Shown piece by piece: positions 1 to 8,767 of a stretch of 64,000 nucleotides of DNA. Both the position numbers and the translations under genes were made by a program. Position 1 is the first letter of the stretch; every line of letters starts with the position of its first letter. Origin of the DNA: a bacterium (lineage in GTDB: Bacteria; Patescibacteriota; Minisyncoccia; UBA6257; GWB1-50-10); assembly GCA_021825465.1 (NCBI GenBank), contig JAKAGX010000001.1, forward strand, positions 5,347 to 69,346, written 5' to 3'. The notes under the pieces are model-generated. The model was not told where the DNA came from, did no database searches, and saw only the letters and a program-made list of their open reading frames with translations.

Positions 1-1
1 C

Positions 2-220
2 TTGACCGAAGAAATACCGGATTTCACCTTCGTCCCCGTCATGTCGGATACGGAAGGGCATATCACCGACCAAACCGTCAGGAAGCACATCGAACATGTC
101 GACGGCCCCGTTTATTACCTTGCAGGACCCCCGGCGATGGTCGCCGCCATGCGGGAAATGCTCGCTGGAATGGGCATTTCCGAAGATGACATTCGATTCG
201 AGGAATTCGCCGGCTACTAG
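2..220 (+). CDS. Partial CDS (C-terminus only): FAD/NAD(P)-binding oxidoreductase, ferredoxin-reductase-like
   Basis: The ORF runs off the window start. The C-terminal motif 'VYYLAGPPAMVAAMREMLAGMGISEDDIRFEEF' resembles the NAD-binding C-terminus of FNR-family reductases. Confidence 0.5.
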   Translation: MTEEIPDFTFVPVMSDTEGHITDQTVRKHIEHVDGPVYYLAGPPAMVAAMREMLAGMGISEDDIRFEEFAGY

Positions 221-229
221 AGTTAACAA

Positions 230-365
230 AATTTTAATTTCAAAATCTTAAATTCTAAATAAATTCCAATGTTCCAAATTCAAAATACTAAACCCGCGCG
301 TTTCGGTCATTATGATTTTTGATTTCGGTATTGTTTAGGATTTAGTGCTTAGGATTTAGAGTTTC
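230..365. promoter_or_regulatory. AT-rich intergenic island with short repeats upstream of nth
   Basis: It contains 'aaattccaatgttccaaattcaaaatactaaa' and about 2.5 direct copies of 'taggatttag'. A similar motif lies at 63793-63825. Confidence 0.4.
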
Positions 366-375
366 GACTAAATTT

Positions 376-1041
376 ATGACTTCAGAGCAACTAAAAATAA
401 GAAAGGTGCGGGCAAAGAAGATTGCTCTCGTCCTCGCAAAGCTTTTCCCGAAAGCCTCGATCGCCCTCACATACCGCACCAACTGGGAACTTTTGGTTGC
501 CGTCGAACTCTCGGCCCAGTGCACGGATAAGAAAGTAAACGAGGTGACAAAGGAGCTCTTCAAAAAATACCGGACGCTCGACGACTACGTACGGGCAAAA
601 CCGAGCGAATTCGAACAAGATATCCGCGCGACCGGCTTTTACCGCAATAAAGCGAGGAACGTCCTCGCAGCGGCGAAGATCGTGAAAGAAAAATTCCACG
701 GGAAGATCCCGCGGACCATGGAAGAAATCCTCACCATTCCCGGCGTCGCGCGGAAGACGGCGAACGTCGTCCTCGGGAACGCGTACGGCGTCGTGGAAGG
801 GATCGCCGTCGACACCCACGTGCGGCGGCTCGCCTTGAAGCTCGGCCTCACCGACCACGACGATCCCGTGAAGATCGAACGGGATCTCATGGAGATCTTC
901 CCGAAGAAAGACTGGTTCAAGCTTACGTACTGGCTCATTGAATACGGACGGCACGTGTGCCCCGCGCGCCCGCACGATTGCGCGAATCATCCGCTGACGA
1001 AGATTTACCCGCCAGCCGCACATATTTGGCCGAAACATTGA
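376..1041 (+). CDS. nth: Endonuclease III (HhH-GPD DNA glycosylase)
   Basis: It carries the HhH-GPD signature 'LVAVELSAQCTDKKVN ... IPGVARKTANVVLGNAYG ... VDTHVRRL'. The length is typical for Nth. The C-terminus has only two of the four canonical Fe-S cysteines (C-x6-C, then none). Confidence 0.85.
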   Translation: MTSEQLKIRKVRAKKIALVLAKLFPKASIALTYRTNWELLVAVELSAQCTDKKVNEVTKELFKKYRTLDDYVRAKPSEFEQDIRATGFYRNKARNVLAAAKIVKEKFHGKIPRTMEEILTIPGVARKTANVVLGNAYGVVEGIAVDTHVRRLALKLGLTDHDDPVKIERDLMEIFPKKDWFKLTYWLIEYGRHVCPARPHDCANHPLTKIYPPAAHIWPKH

Positions 1042-1046
1042 GCGTC

Positions 1047-1080
1047 GGATGCCTTATCCTGCTCGCAAGCTAAGGCATCC
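1047..1080. terminator. 10 bp perfect hairpin between convergent genes nth(+) and the hypothetical(-)
   Basis: ggatgcctta (1047-1056) pairs with taaggcatcc (1071-1080) around a 14 nt loop. It lies between the stop of nth (1041) and the stop of the minus gene (1099). There is no strong U-tract. Confidence 0.35.
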
Positions 1081-1098
1081 TCCTCATTGATAGGTAAA

Positions 1099-1671
1099 TC
1101 AGTACGCCTTCTGGGTGATGTTCTCGCATCCCGGAGGGATGATGCACCGCGTTCCGACGTCCGGCCCCGGCATGCAGTTCACCCACTCCGGGCAGCTCGA
1201 AAGCGCTTTCGTACTCGATTCGTCGATGAGCGAAACGACATTCACCGCTCCGCCGCTCTCGATCCCGTCGACCGTCACCCGATCGCCGGCGGCGAGGCTC
1301 GCTTCGACACAAGGAGAAACTTTACCGTTCAACGTGCATGAACTCGAAGCGTCGAACGACAATGCGGCGGCCGCTGCCGGATTCCCCGGCCTTTCATACG
1401 CAAGATACCAAACGCCCGGCGCGAAGCCCGGATTGTCCTTTATTAAATTCCCCATGGCGGAAAATGCGACGGTCGACGTCGCTGCAGGTGCCGCAGGCTC
1501 GCCGCATCCCGATACCGGCATCGGCGCCGATGGATGTCCGTGCTGAACCCACTGACCATTGACGCAAAGCCATGCGTCTTCGCCGCCTCCAATGAGCCTT
1601 CCGACGGCCGCCACGACGGCAACGAGAAACAAAATGCTCCCGAAAAGCAAGACCCCCTTTTTCTTTTGCAT
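1099..1671 (-). CDS. Hypothetical membrane-anchored/secreted Cys-containing protein
   Basis: The 190 aa ORF has an N-terminal hydrophobic segment 'LLFGSILFLVAVVAAVG' and no recognisable catalytic motif. Confidence 0.45.
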   Translation of the reverse strand: MQKKKGVLLFGSILFLVAVVAAVGRLIGGGEDAWLCVNGQWVQHGHPSAPMPVSGCGEPAAPAATSTVAFSAMGNLIKDNPGFAPGVWYLAYERPGNPAAAAALSFDASSSCTLNGKVSPCVEASLAAGDRVTVDGIESGGAVNVVSLIDESSTKALSSCPEWVNCMPGPDVGTRCIIPPGCENITQKAY

Positions 1672-1678
1672 ATTTCAA

Positions 1679-3598
1679 CTATACCACAGTCGCCTTGAGC
1701 TTCGTCTTCAAAAAATAGATCTGAAAAACGTTCACGACGGGGAAAAAGTCCGTCACGAAATTGTAGGCAGCGGCGCCCGTCGGACCCAAGACGCCGCCGA
1801 AAACCAAGACCAAGCCGAGCGCGTTCGTGACCCCCCAAATCCAGAAATTGTTGTTGATGATCCGCATCGATTTTTTGCTCAAAAACATGAGCTCGGGGAT
1901 CTTTTTCACGCTGTCGTGCATCAAGGCGATGTCGGCCGCTTCGATCGCCGCATCCGACCCGATCGCGCCCATCGCGATCGATACGTCCGCAAGCGCCAAG
2001 GCCGCCGCGTCGTTCACGCCGTCCCCCATCATGGCGAGATCGCCGGGATATTTTTTCTTGATCTCTTTCAAGATCCGAAGCTTGTCTTCCGGCTTCAAAT
2101 TGGCGTGGTACTCGTCGAGGCCGACTTCATCCGAAACCTTCTTTGCCACGCGCTCGTTGTCGCCTGTCAGCATCACCCAGCGTTCCGCCCCAAGCCTCCT
2201 CGTTTCGGCAACAGCGACGCGCGCAAGCGGTCGAATTTCATCCTCCAAAACCATGAGGCCGATAAGCCGTCCGCCGGAACCGAAGGCCGTCAAGCTGTAT
2301 CCCTTCATTTCCAAATCGTCGATCCTCTTCTTTTCCTCTTCCGTGAACTTTATGCCATTCGATTCCAGAAACGATATCTTCCCGGCGCAGTAGTTTGTGC
2401 CGTCTTTCGTGACGGCAATGCCGTCCCCCGGCGTCTCATGGAACTCGTCGGGGGCCGGAAAAGAGACCTGTTTTTCTTTCAAAAACCGCAGCATCGCGAG
2501 GCTCACCGGATGGCGCGAGTTTGTCTGGCATGTTCCCACGAGCTTCAAAAAATCATTCTCGGAAATATCGCCGAACCGTACGATATCGACGACGTGCGCC
2601 ATGCCTTTCGTGAGCGTGCCCGTTTTATCGGTCACGAAGACCTTCAACCTCTTGATCCGTTCAAAGATCGCAGCTCCCTTCACGATGACGCCTTCTTTGC
2701 CTGCTTTTGCGATCGCGATCGTGAAGCCAAGAGGCACCGCGACCGCAATGTCGTCGGCACACGTCACGAGGAGAACGGAAAGAACGAGATTCAAGTCGCC
2801 GGAAGCAACATACAAAATGAACGAACCTACAAGGGAAAGAATGATGTAATACGTACTGAACCGGTCGGCGATCCGCTCGATCGACGTCTTCGCGCGCGAG
2901 GCCTCATCGACAAGCGCGATCATCTTTGCAAGCGTCGTGTCGGCGCCGACCCTTTCGGCCCGCACAAGAAGCGATCCGGAATCGTTCAAAGTGGAGCTCC
3001 AAACCTTGTCCCCTTCTTTTTTCGTCACGTGTTCGCTCTCTCCCGTCAAGGTCGACTGGTCGATGCTCGCCTGGCCCTGCACCACGATGCCGTCGACCGG
3101 GATCCGTTCGCCCGCTTCGACGACCACAAGGTCGCCGATCTTCACTCGGTCGAGCGGGACATCTTCGAGCTTTTCACCGATCTTTATTTTCACCCGTTCG
3201 GGGCGAAGCTTCATAAGCCGCTCGATGACATGCTTCGTCCGGACTTCCGTGAAATTGTCGAAAAGGCGGGCGGAAGCGAGCATCAAGTTGATAAAGGCGG
3301 CCGAAAGCCACTCGCCCTTGATGAAGGTGAAGGCGAGCGCGATCGAAGCCAAAAGATCTATCGTGATCTTCCGGCGCCAGATCGCCTTTGCTGCGCTCCA
3401 TGCGACCGGCAGAACGCCCGCGATGGAAACGATGACCAAGATGTTGTTTTCAAGGGCCGGAGAAAAGAATTTCAGCCATGCCGAAAGAAGCGCTACAACC
3501 AAAACGGCGATGAGCGCTTCGTTGAAGGCGATGTTCCAGCGAAGATCCCCTTTTTCCTGTTCCTTATTTTTTTCTTTATCTTTTCTTTCCTGCAACAA
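1679..3598 (-). CDS. P-type ATPase, P1B-like (heavy-metal translocating) lacking N-terminal metal-binding domain
   Basis: It has the TGES motif, the DKTGTLT phosphorylation motif and the GDGVNDAAALALADVSIAMG hinge. The topology is about 8 TM. The canonical TM6 'CPC' position reads 'CAD' (VLLVTCADDIAV). Confidence 0.85.
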   Translation of the reverse strand: MLQERKDKEKNKEQEKGDLRWNIAFNEALIAVLVVALLSAWLKFFSPALENNILVIVSIAGVLPVAWSAAKAIWRRKITIDLLASIALAFTFIKGEWLSAAFINLMLASARLFDNFTEVRTKHVIERLMKLRPERVKIKIGEKLEDVPLDRVKIGDLVVVEAGERIPVDGIVVQGQASIDQSTLTGESEHVTKKEGDKVWSSTLNDSGSLLVRAERVGADTTLAKMIALVDEASRAKTSIERIADRFSTYYIILSLVGSFILYVASGDLNLVLSVLLVTCADDIAVAVPLGFTIAIAKAGKEGVIVKGAAIFERIKRLKVFVTDKTGTLTKGMAHVVDIVRFGDISENDFLKLVGTCQTNSRHPVSLAMLRFLKEKQVSFPAPDEFHETPGDGIAVTKDGTNYCAGKISFLESNGIKFTEEEKKRIDDLEMKGYSLTAFGSGGRLIGLMVLEDEIRPLARVAVAETRRLGAERWVMLTGDNERVAKKVSDEVGLDEYHANLKPEDKLRILKEIKKKYPGDLAMMGDGVNDAAALALADVSIAMGAIGSDAAIEAADIALMHDSVKKIPELMFLSKKSMRIINNNFWIWGVTNALGLVLVFGGVLGPTGAAAYNFVTDFFPVVNVFQIYFLKTKLKATVV

Positions 3599-3611
3599 TC
3601 AAATTCTACCA

Positions 3612-3652
3612 TACCAAAAGGAAAACGGCTGTCATCGCGCGTATGACAGCCG
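3612..3652 (-). terminator. Intrinsic terminator candidate (minus strand) after the small ORF 3671..3958
   Basis: A 10 bp perfect stem, cggctgtcat/atgacagccg (3626-3652), has a 7 nt loop. On the minus strand it is followed by UUUUCCUUUUGG. Confidence 0.45.
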
Positions 3653-3670
3653 CAGGTTTTGGGGGAAATC

Positions 3671-3958
3671 CTACCCCCCGAGGTTTCCGAGATTCCAGAG
3701 CTCGTCCGAATCCATCGATCCGATTGGAATGCCAACCGGGTAACAATCTCCGACGCCGGCCGTTACAGGGATGGTAACTCCCTTGAAAATGAGAATTTCT
3801 CCCTTCTGGAGCGAGCCATGGTACTTGCTCATGCACACACCGCAAAGAACTCCGATCTTTTCATTGTTCTTCTGAAGAACATACACCGTTTCCCCATTCT
3901 TAACGAGACCACGGTGTGCAACGCAATGCACGAGCGTTTCCATCTCAACTTGATCCAT
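3671..3958 (-). CDS. Hypothetical small Cys-containing protein
   Basis: The 95 aa ORF contains 'HCVAH ... CGVC ... GDCYP' cysteines and has no recognised family. Confidence 0.35.
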   Translation of the reverse strand: MDQVEMETLVHCVAHRGLVKNGETVYVLQKNNEKIGVLCGVCMSKYHGSLQKGEILIFKGVTIPVTAGVGDCYPVGIPIGSMDSDELWNLGNLGG

Positions 3959-4067
3959 ATTGATGCCTCTCTTTTTTGAGTGATCAGATAATGGAAGATA
4001 GCAAAAAGAACAAAAACTCTATGGTTTTCAATATACCAGAAAATTGACAAAATGTCAATCCTCCAGC

Positions 4068-6467
4068 TTATTTGCTGAGCTTCAAGATTGTTTTCACCAC
4101 CGTGTCAGGATTCAACGAAATGCTCTCGATCCCCTCCTTCATAAGGAACGCGGCGAACTCCGGATAGTCGGACGGCGCTTGGCCGCAAATGCCGATGTAC
4201 TTTCCGCGTTTTTTGCACGTCCGGATGACGCTTCGGATCAAGGTTTTCACCGATTCATCGTTCTCGTTCGTGATGCTCCGGATCCGATCGTTCCCGTCGC
4301 GGTCGATGCCGACCGTGAGCTGCGTCAAATCGTTCGATCCGATCGACATGCCGTCAAAAACGTCGAGGAATTTGTCCGCGAGGACCACGTTCGACGGGAT
4401 CTCGCACATGACGTAGATCCGCAAGGCCTTGTCCTTTTTCCTCGAGAGGCCGTTCTTTTCCATGACCTCCACCACCCTCTTCCCTTCGTCGGCGGTCCGG
4501 CAGAACGGGATCATCGGCACGACGTTCGTGAGCCCCATTTCTTCGCGCACTTTTTTCATCGCCTTCACTTCGAGCGCAAAGGCGGGCGCGAACGCCGGAT
4601 GATAGTACCGCGAAGCGCCGCGCCATCCGATCATCGGATTTTCTTCCTTCGGTTCATACGCATCGCCCCCGAGAAGCGCCCGATATTCATTCGTTTTGAA
4701 ATCGGAAAAGCGGACGATCACATCCAGCGGATGGAACGCCGCGGCGATCTTTGCGATGCCGTAAGCCAATTTATCGACGTAAAATTGCTCTTTATTGTTC
4801 CAACCGCGCGTCTTTTCGTCAATCGCCCGCGCAAGTTTTTTGTTTTTCTTCGCGATCTTTCCGTATTCGATCAAGGCCATCGGATGCACCCCGATGTCCC
4901 CCGCAATGATGAATTCTTCGCGCGCAAGGCCGACGCCCTTCGTCGGCAGGAACGATTTTTCGAACGCCGAATCGGGCGTTGCAATGTTCACCATGATCTT
5001 CACCTTCGGCTTTGGCAATCTCCGAACGTCCCGCTCTTCCACCTTGAATTTCAGCTGGCCCGCAAGAACCAAACCTTCCGTGCCCGTCGTGTCGACGGTT
5101 ATCACATCTCCCGTTTTCAAAACGCGCGTCGCGTTTTCCGTCCCCACGACGCACGGGATGCCGAGTTCGCGCGAAACGATCGCGGCATGGCTCGTTCGTC
5201 CGCCTTTATTCGTCACGATCGCCGAGGCGATCTTCATGATCGGCTCCCAATCCGGATCGGTCATATCGGTCACGAGAACCTCGCCCGCTTTGAAACTTCC
5301 GATGTTTTTCGCGTTCAAAATGATCCGCGCAGTGCCCGTCGCGATCTTCGAGCCGACCGAATACCCTTTCGCGAGCACTTTGCCGTTTCCGATCCGTTCG
5401 TATTCCTTGAGCTTTGAAAAATCACGGCTTGCCTGCACGGTCTCGGGGCGCGATTGGACGATAAAAAGCTCGCCGCTCCGGCCGTCTTTGGCCCATTCCA
5501 TATCCATCGGCGTCCATTTGCGGTCCTTCTTCGAATAATGCTCCTCGATCAAAACGCCCCAGCGGGCGAGTTCCAATACCTCCTTTTCCGAAAGGACGAA
5601 GGTTTCTTTTTCTTTTTCGCTCGTCGGAACGATCTTCGTCGTCTTGATGCCCCGGCCGACCGAATAGATCATCTTCCGGTTTTTCACGCCGAGCTTCCGG
5701 TCGATGATCGCCTTTTTTCCCGTCCGAAGGGACGGTTTGAAAACCAAAAATTCGTCCGGCGTCACCTCCCCTTGCACGATCATTTCCCCAAGCCCCCACG
5801 AGCCGTTGATCAAAACGACATTCTTGAACCCCGACTCGGTATCGATGCTGAACATGACGCCCGAGCAGCCGAGGTCCGACCGCACCATTTTTTGAACGCC
5901 CGCCGAGAGCGCCACTTTCATGTGATCGAATCCTTTGTCCGCCCGGTACGAGATCGCCCGGTCGGTGAAGAGCGATGCAAAATCCGCTTGGACCGCTTCA
6001 AGAAGTTCGTCGACGCCCCGGATATTCAAATATGTTTCATGTTCGCCGGCAAAGCTCGCCCCCGGCAAGTCCTCCGCCGTCGCCGATGACCGAACTGCAA
6101 CATCCGCATTCCGGCCGTATATCTTTTCAAGCTGGATGTAGTTCCGCACGATGATCTGTTTCAGGTCGGCAGGCATTTTCGCCGCCCGGATCACTTTCCG
6201 AATTTCCTCGCCGCGCTTCGCGAGATCTTTCAGGTTTTTCGTATCGAGGCCTTTCAGGGCCTTCTTGATGAACTTGTCGAGGCCGGTCTTCTTCATGAAG
6301 TGGCGGTAGGCCTCCGCTGTAACAACGAAACCATTCGGTACCCGGACCCCCTGCGGTTCGAGATACTTGATCATTTCGCCCAAAGAGGCGTTCTTGCCGC
6401 CGACGAGCGGTACATCTTTGATGGTGATGTCCTTGTACCAGAGGACGAGTTTTTTATTTTTATTCAT
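4068..6467 (-). CDS. ppsA: Phosphoenolpyruvate synthase (pyruvate, water dikinase)
   Basis: It has the PEP-utilising phospho-histidine motif 'GGRTSHAAIVSRELGIPCVVG', an N-terminal ATP-grasp region and a C-terminal PEP-binding TIM domain. The ORF track extends to 6578 with a basic, low-quality N-terminus. The internal start 'MNKNKKLVLWYKDI' at 6467 fits PpsA N-termini better. Confidence 0.88.
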   Translation of the reverse strand: MNKNKKLVLWYKDITIKDVPLVGGKNASLGEMIKYLEPQGVRVPNGFVVTAEAYRHFMKKTGLDKFIKKALKGLDTKNLKDLAKRGEEIRKVIRAAKMPADLKQIIVRNYIQLEKIYGRNADVAVRSSATAEDLPGASFAGEHETYLNIRGVDELLEAVQADFASLFTDRAISYRADKGFDHMKVALSAGVQKMVRSDLGCSGVMFSIDTESGFKNVVLINGSWGLGEMIVQGEVTPDEFLVFKPSLRTGKKAIIDRKLGVKNRKMIYSVGRGIKTTKIVPTSEKEKETFVLSEKEVLELARWGVLIEEHYSKKDRKWTPMDMEWAKDGRSGELFIVQSRPETVQASRDFSKLKEYERIGNGKVLAKGYSVGSKIATGTARIILNAKNIGSFKAGEVLVTDMTDPDWEPIMKIASAIVTNKGGRTSHAAIVSRELGIPCVVGTENATRVLKTGDVITVDTTGTEGLVLAGQLKFKVEERDVRRLPKPKVKIMVNIATPDSAFEKSFLPTKGVGLAREEFIIAGDIGVHPMALIEYGKIAKKNKKLARAIDEKTRGWNNKEQFYVDKLAYGIAKIAAAFHPLDVIVRFSDFKTNEYRALLGGDAYEPKEENPMIGWRGASRYYHPAFAPAFALEVKAMKKVREEMGLTNVVPMIPFCRTADEGKRVVEVMEKNGLSRKKDKALRIYVMCEIPSNVVLADKFLDVFDGMSIGSNDLTQLTVGIDRDGNDRIRSITNENDESVKTLIRSVIRTCKKRGKYIGICGQAPSDYPEFAAFLMKEGIESISLNPDTVVKTILKLSK

Positions 6468-7752
6468 AACGCAATGCAATGACGAGGTCCGATACATTCG
6501 AACCCGTATCTCCCGTCTCGATGGAATCCCCCGCTTTCTCAAAAAACGCCGCCGAGTCGTTGTTCTCCAAAAATTCACCCGCCTCCAAACCGAGCTCTTC
6601 GGCTTTTTCCTTCGTCATTATATCACAGAACGCACCCGCGTATCCCCCTTGGTTGTCGTGCCCGTCCGAATCGAACGAAAGGACGAGTGTTTTTTCCGAA
6701 ATCCCGCCAAGGGCCCCCAAAACAAGTTCCTGATTTCGGCCGCCTCTTCCCGATTTCTTGACGGTCACTGTCGTTTCACCGCCGTAAAGGCGCACCGTTT
6801 TTGGGGGTAACCCCGCGGTATCGCCTGCTATTTTCCGCCCGACATCCCGCGCTTCACCGGAGAGTGTCGCCGTTACAACCTCCGCCTCGAAACCGAGAGT
6901 ATCCGCCTTTTCTTTCATCGCCCCGAGAGCGGTTGCATTAGAGATAAAAAGGATGTTTTTTACTTTCTCGAAATATTTGTCTTCCTTCGGGGTTTTCAAC
7001 GGCTCTATTTTCAAACCGGTGCTCTTCTCGAGATCGTACTTCGCGACGATCGTCTTCGCCTCATCGACCGTCGTCGCGTCTTTCACCGTCGGGCCCGAAG
7101 CAATGAACCCGAGATTGTCCCCCGGCACGTCCGAAAAGATCAAGGCGACGGACGATGCCGGATATGCGTATTCCGCCAAACGGCCGCCGCGCGCCAATGA
7201 CAAATGCTTCCGGAGCGTATTGATCTCCTCAATCGTCGCCCCTTTTTCGAAGAGAACCTTCAATATCTCGGCCTCCTCGGCACATACCATGTTCTGCGGC
7301 TGGCACAGGAGCGTCGAACCGCCGCCGGAAATGACGAAGACAACAAAATCTTTTTCCGTAAGCGACGAAAGCAAGCGGATGATCTCGCTCGTTGCATCGA
7401 CATTCGCTTCCGTCGGGAAAGGATGCGTGCCGGAATATGCCTTGATCTTCTTCAAGACCCCCCGGTGCACATCCAAAACAATGCCGCCGGAGAGCCGATC
7501 GCCGAGGACGTTTTCAAGCGCCCTTCCGGCCTCGAGCGAACATTTGCCAACGCCCACGACGAAAATCCGATCGAAATTCCCGACATCGAACGAACGATCG
7601 TCGATTTTCAACGTATCGTCTTTCAGCGACACCCGCGATTGGATCGCTTGCTCGGTATCGATTGCAAACAATCCCGCCTCGACAATTTCCAAGGCGGCTT
7701 TCCTCGCCGGCGTCACGGCAATCGCATCAAAATTCTTTATTTTCCCTCCCAT
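6460..7752 (-). CDS. Glycerate 2-kinase, MOFRL family
   Basis: Motifs typical of MOFRL glycerate kinases are present: 'VFVISGGGSTLL', 'EEINTLRKHLSLARGGRLA', 'GGETTVTVKKSGRGGRNQELVL' and 'TGDTGSNVSDL'. Confidence 0.8.
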   Translation of the reverse strand: MGGKIKNFDAIAVTPARKAALEIVEAGLFAIDTEQAIQSRVSLKDDTLKIDDRSFDVGNFDRIFVVGVGKCSLEAGRALENVLGDRLSGGIVLDVHRGVLKKIKAYSGTHPFPTEANVDATSEIIRLLSSLTEKDFVVFVISGGGSTLLCQPQNMVCAEEAEILKVLFEKGATIEEINTLRKHLSLARGGRLAEYAYPASSVALIFSDVPGDNLGFIASGPTVKDATTVDEAKTIVAKYDLEKSTGLKIEPLKTPKEDKYFEKVKNILFISNATALGAMKEKADTLGFEAEVVTATLSGEARDVGRKIAGDTAGLPPKTVRLYGGETTVTVKKSGRGGRNQELVLGALGGISEKTLVLSFDSDGHDNQGGYAGAFCDIMTKEKAEELGLEAGEFLENNDSAAFFEKAGDSIETGDTGSNVSDLVIALRYE

Positions 7753-7772
7753 TGCCCACCATTATAGCCCTT

Positions 7773-8159
7773 TCATTCGGGCAACGCACATCCGCTCGCC
7801 GTACTCAAAGTTTCGAGCGTTTGCGTCCCCACAAGACGAGCACCGCTCGGTTCGATCCACGTCGGCACCGCATCAACGCCGTCGGCCGTACATTTCTGCG
7901 CATTTTCCGAGCATTCAATATAGTCCACATATTTGAAGGAGTCGCCGAAAAGCTGTTTTTCGGCCTGACAGTGCGGGCAAGAATAAAGCCCGTACATCAC
8001 GAAACCCTTGTTCGCAAGGCATTTTGCGAACGAATCGAGCGAGGCTGACGAAGATCCGTCTATTTTCGGCCGAAAAGCAAAATATCCGGCCGCACCAGCG
8101 ACAACAACAATCAAAACGACGAGAACAAGCGTATATGATTTTGTTTTATTGAGTTTCAT
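7773..8159 (-). CDS. Membrane-anchored thioredoxin-fold protein (CPHC active site)
   Basis: It has an N-terminal TM helix and the motif 'YGLYSCPHCQAEKQLFG', a CxxC thioredoxin/DsbA-like signature. It sits next to CcdA. Confidence 0.6.
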   Translation of the reverse strand: MKLNKTKSYTLVLVVLIVVVAGAAGYFAFRPKIDGSSSASLDSFAKCLANKGFVMYGLYSCPHCQAEKQLFGDSFKYVDYIECSENAQKCTADGVDAVPTWIEPSGARLVGTQTLETLSTASGCALPE

Positions 8160-8188
8160 ATTTTTCCCTTTCCTATTTTCCGATTTTG

Positions 8189-8259
8189 GGCCCTCGGGAG
8201 CCCTTTGGCTTCCCGAGGGCCAGTGACCATGGAGGCGCTTAAAGCGCCCCCATGGTCAC
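8189..8259. repeat. Two adjacent perfect hairpins (11 bp and 10+5 bp stems)
   Basis: Hairpin 1 is ggccctcggga/tcccgagggcc at 8189-8221. Hairpin 2 is gtgaccatgg-a-ggcgc-ttaaa-gcgcc-cc-catggtcac at 8223-8259. It overlaps the stop codon of ORF 8256..8765. Confidence 0.5.
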
Positions 8260-8765
8260 TCCTCGCAACAGTTGATGAGCTCCGTCATAATGCTCTCGAA
8301 ATCGAGCGGCTTTCCCTCTTCTTTCGCTTTCTTGATGTTCGAAGCATCGACAAGCTTCAAGCGGAGCGCCCAAAAGAGCGAGTAGAGCTTGAAGGCCGAA
8401 TCGTATGCTTGCTTCGCTTCTTCCCGGCGCTCAGAAGCATCGAGCTTGGTTCCCACCTCGATCAAGCGCATCGTGGAAGCCAAAAGGTGCTTTGAAATGC
8501 ACCACGTTTCGCCTTCGTTCACGGGCATCAGTTTCGCAAGCAAGTCCTTCCGGACGCTTCGTACTTCCTCCAAAAGATCAAGATAGCCGTCTTCTTTGGT
8601 CTTTTCGGCCGTGAAGAAGAAATGCTCCTCCAAGCTCACGAGATTCATGACGCCGATCGAAAGATCTTCGTCCGTCGAAAGATCAAGCTTGTGCTCGAGG
8701 TGAGCTTTTTTGATCTTCTCCAAAAGCTCTTCCCATTTTTTTCTTTTTGATTCATCCATGTTCAT
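8256..8765 (-). CDS. Hypothetical protein
   Basis: The 169 aa ORF is acidic and helical-looking with no recognised motif. Confidence 0.4.
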   Translation of the reverse strand: MNMDESKRKKWEELLEKIKKAHLEHKLDLSTDEDLSIGVMNLVSLEEHFFFTAEKTKEDGYLDLLEEVRSVRKDLLAKLMPVNEGETWCISKHLLASTMRLIEVGTKLDASERREEAKQAYDSAFKLYSLFWALRLKLVDASNIKKAKEEGKPLDFESIMTELINCCEE

Positions 8766-8767
8766 GT

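Noticed and set aside
1559-3646. A 695 aa plus-strand ORF, plus other long plus-strand ORFs such as 4044..5417, 36693..38744 and 44561..45892.
   Set aside because: They are antisense to well-supported minus-strand genes (P-type ATPase, ppsA, array paralogs). Their translations are Arg/Pro-rich and low-complexity, as expected for spurious ORFs in GC-rich DNA.
6468-6578. An N-terminal extension of ppsA, 'MNFWRTTTRRRFLRKRGIPSRREIRVRMY...'.
   Set aside because: It is a basic, low-complexity stretch not found in PpsA proteins. It overlaps the glycerate kinase 3' end by more than 100 nt. The internal Met at 6467 gives a canonical N-terminus.
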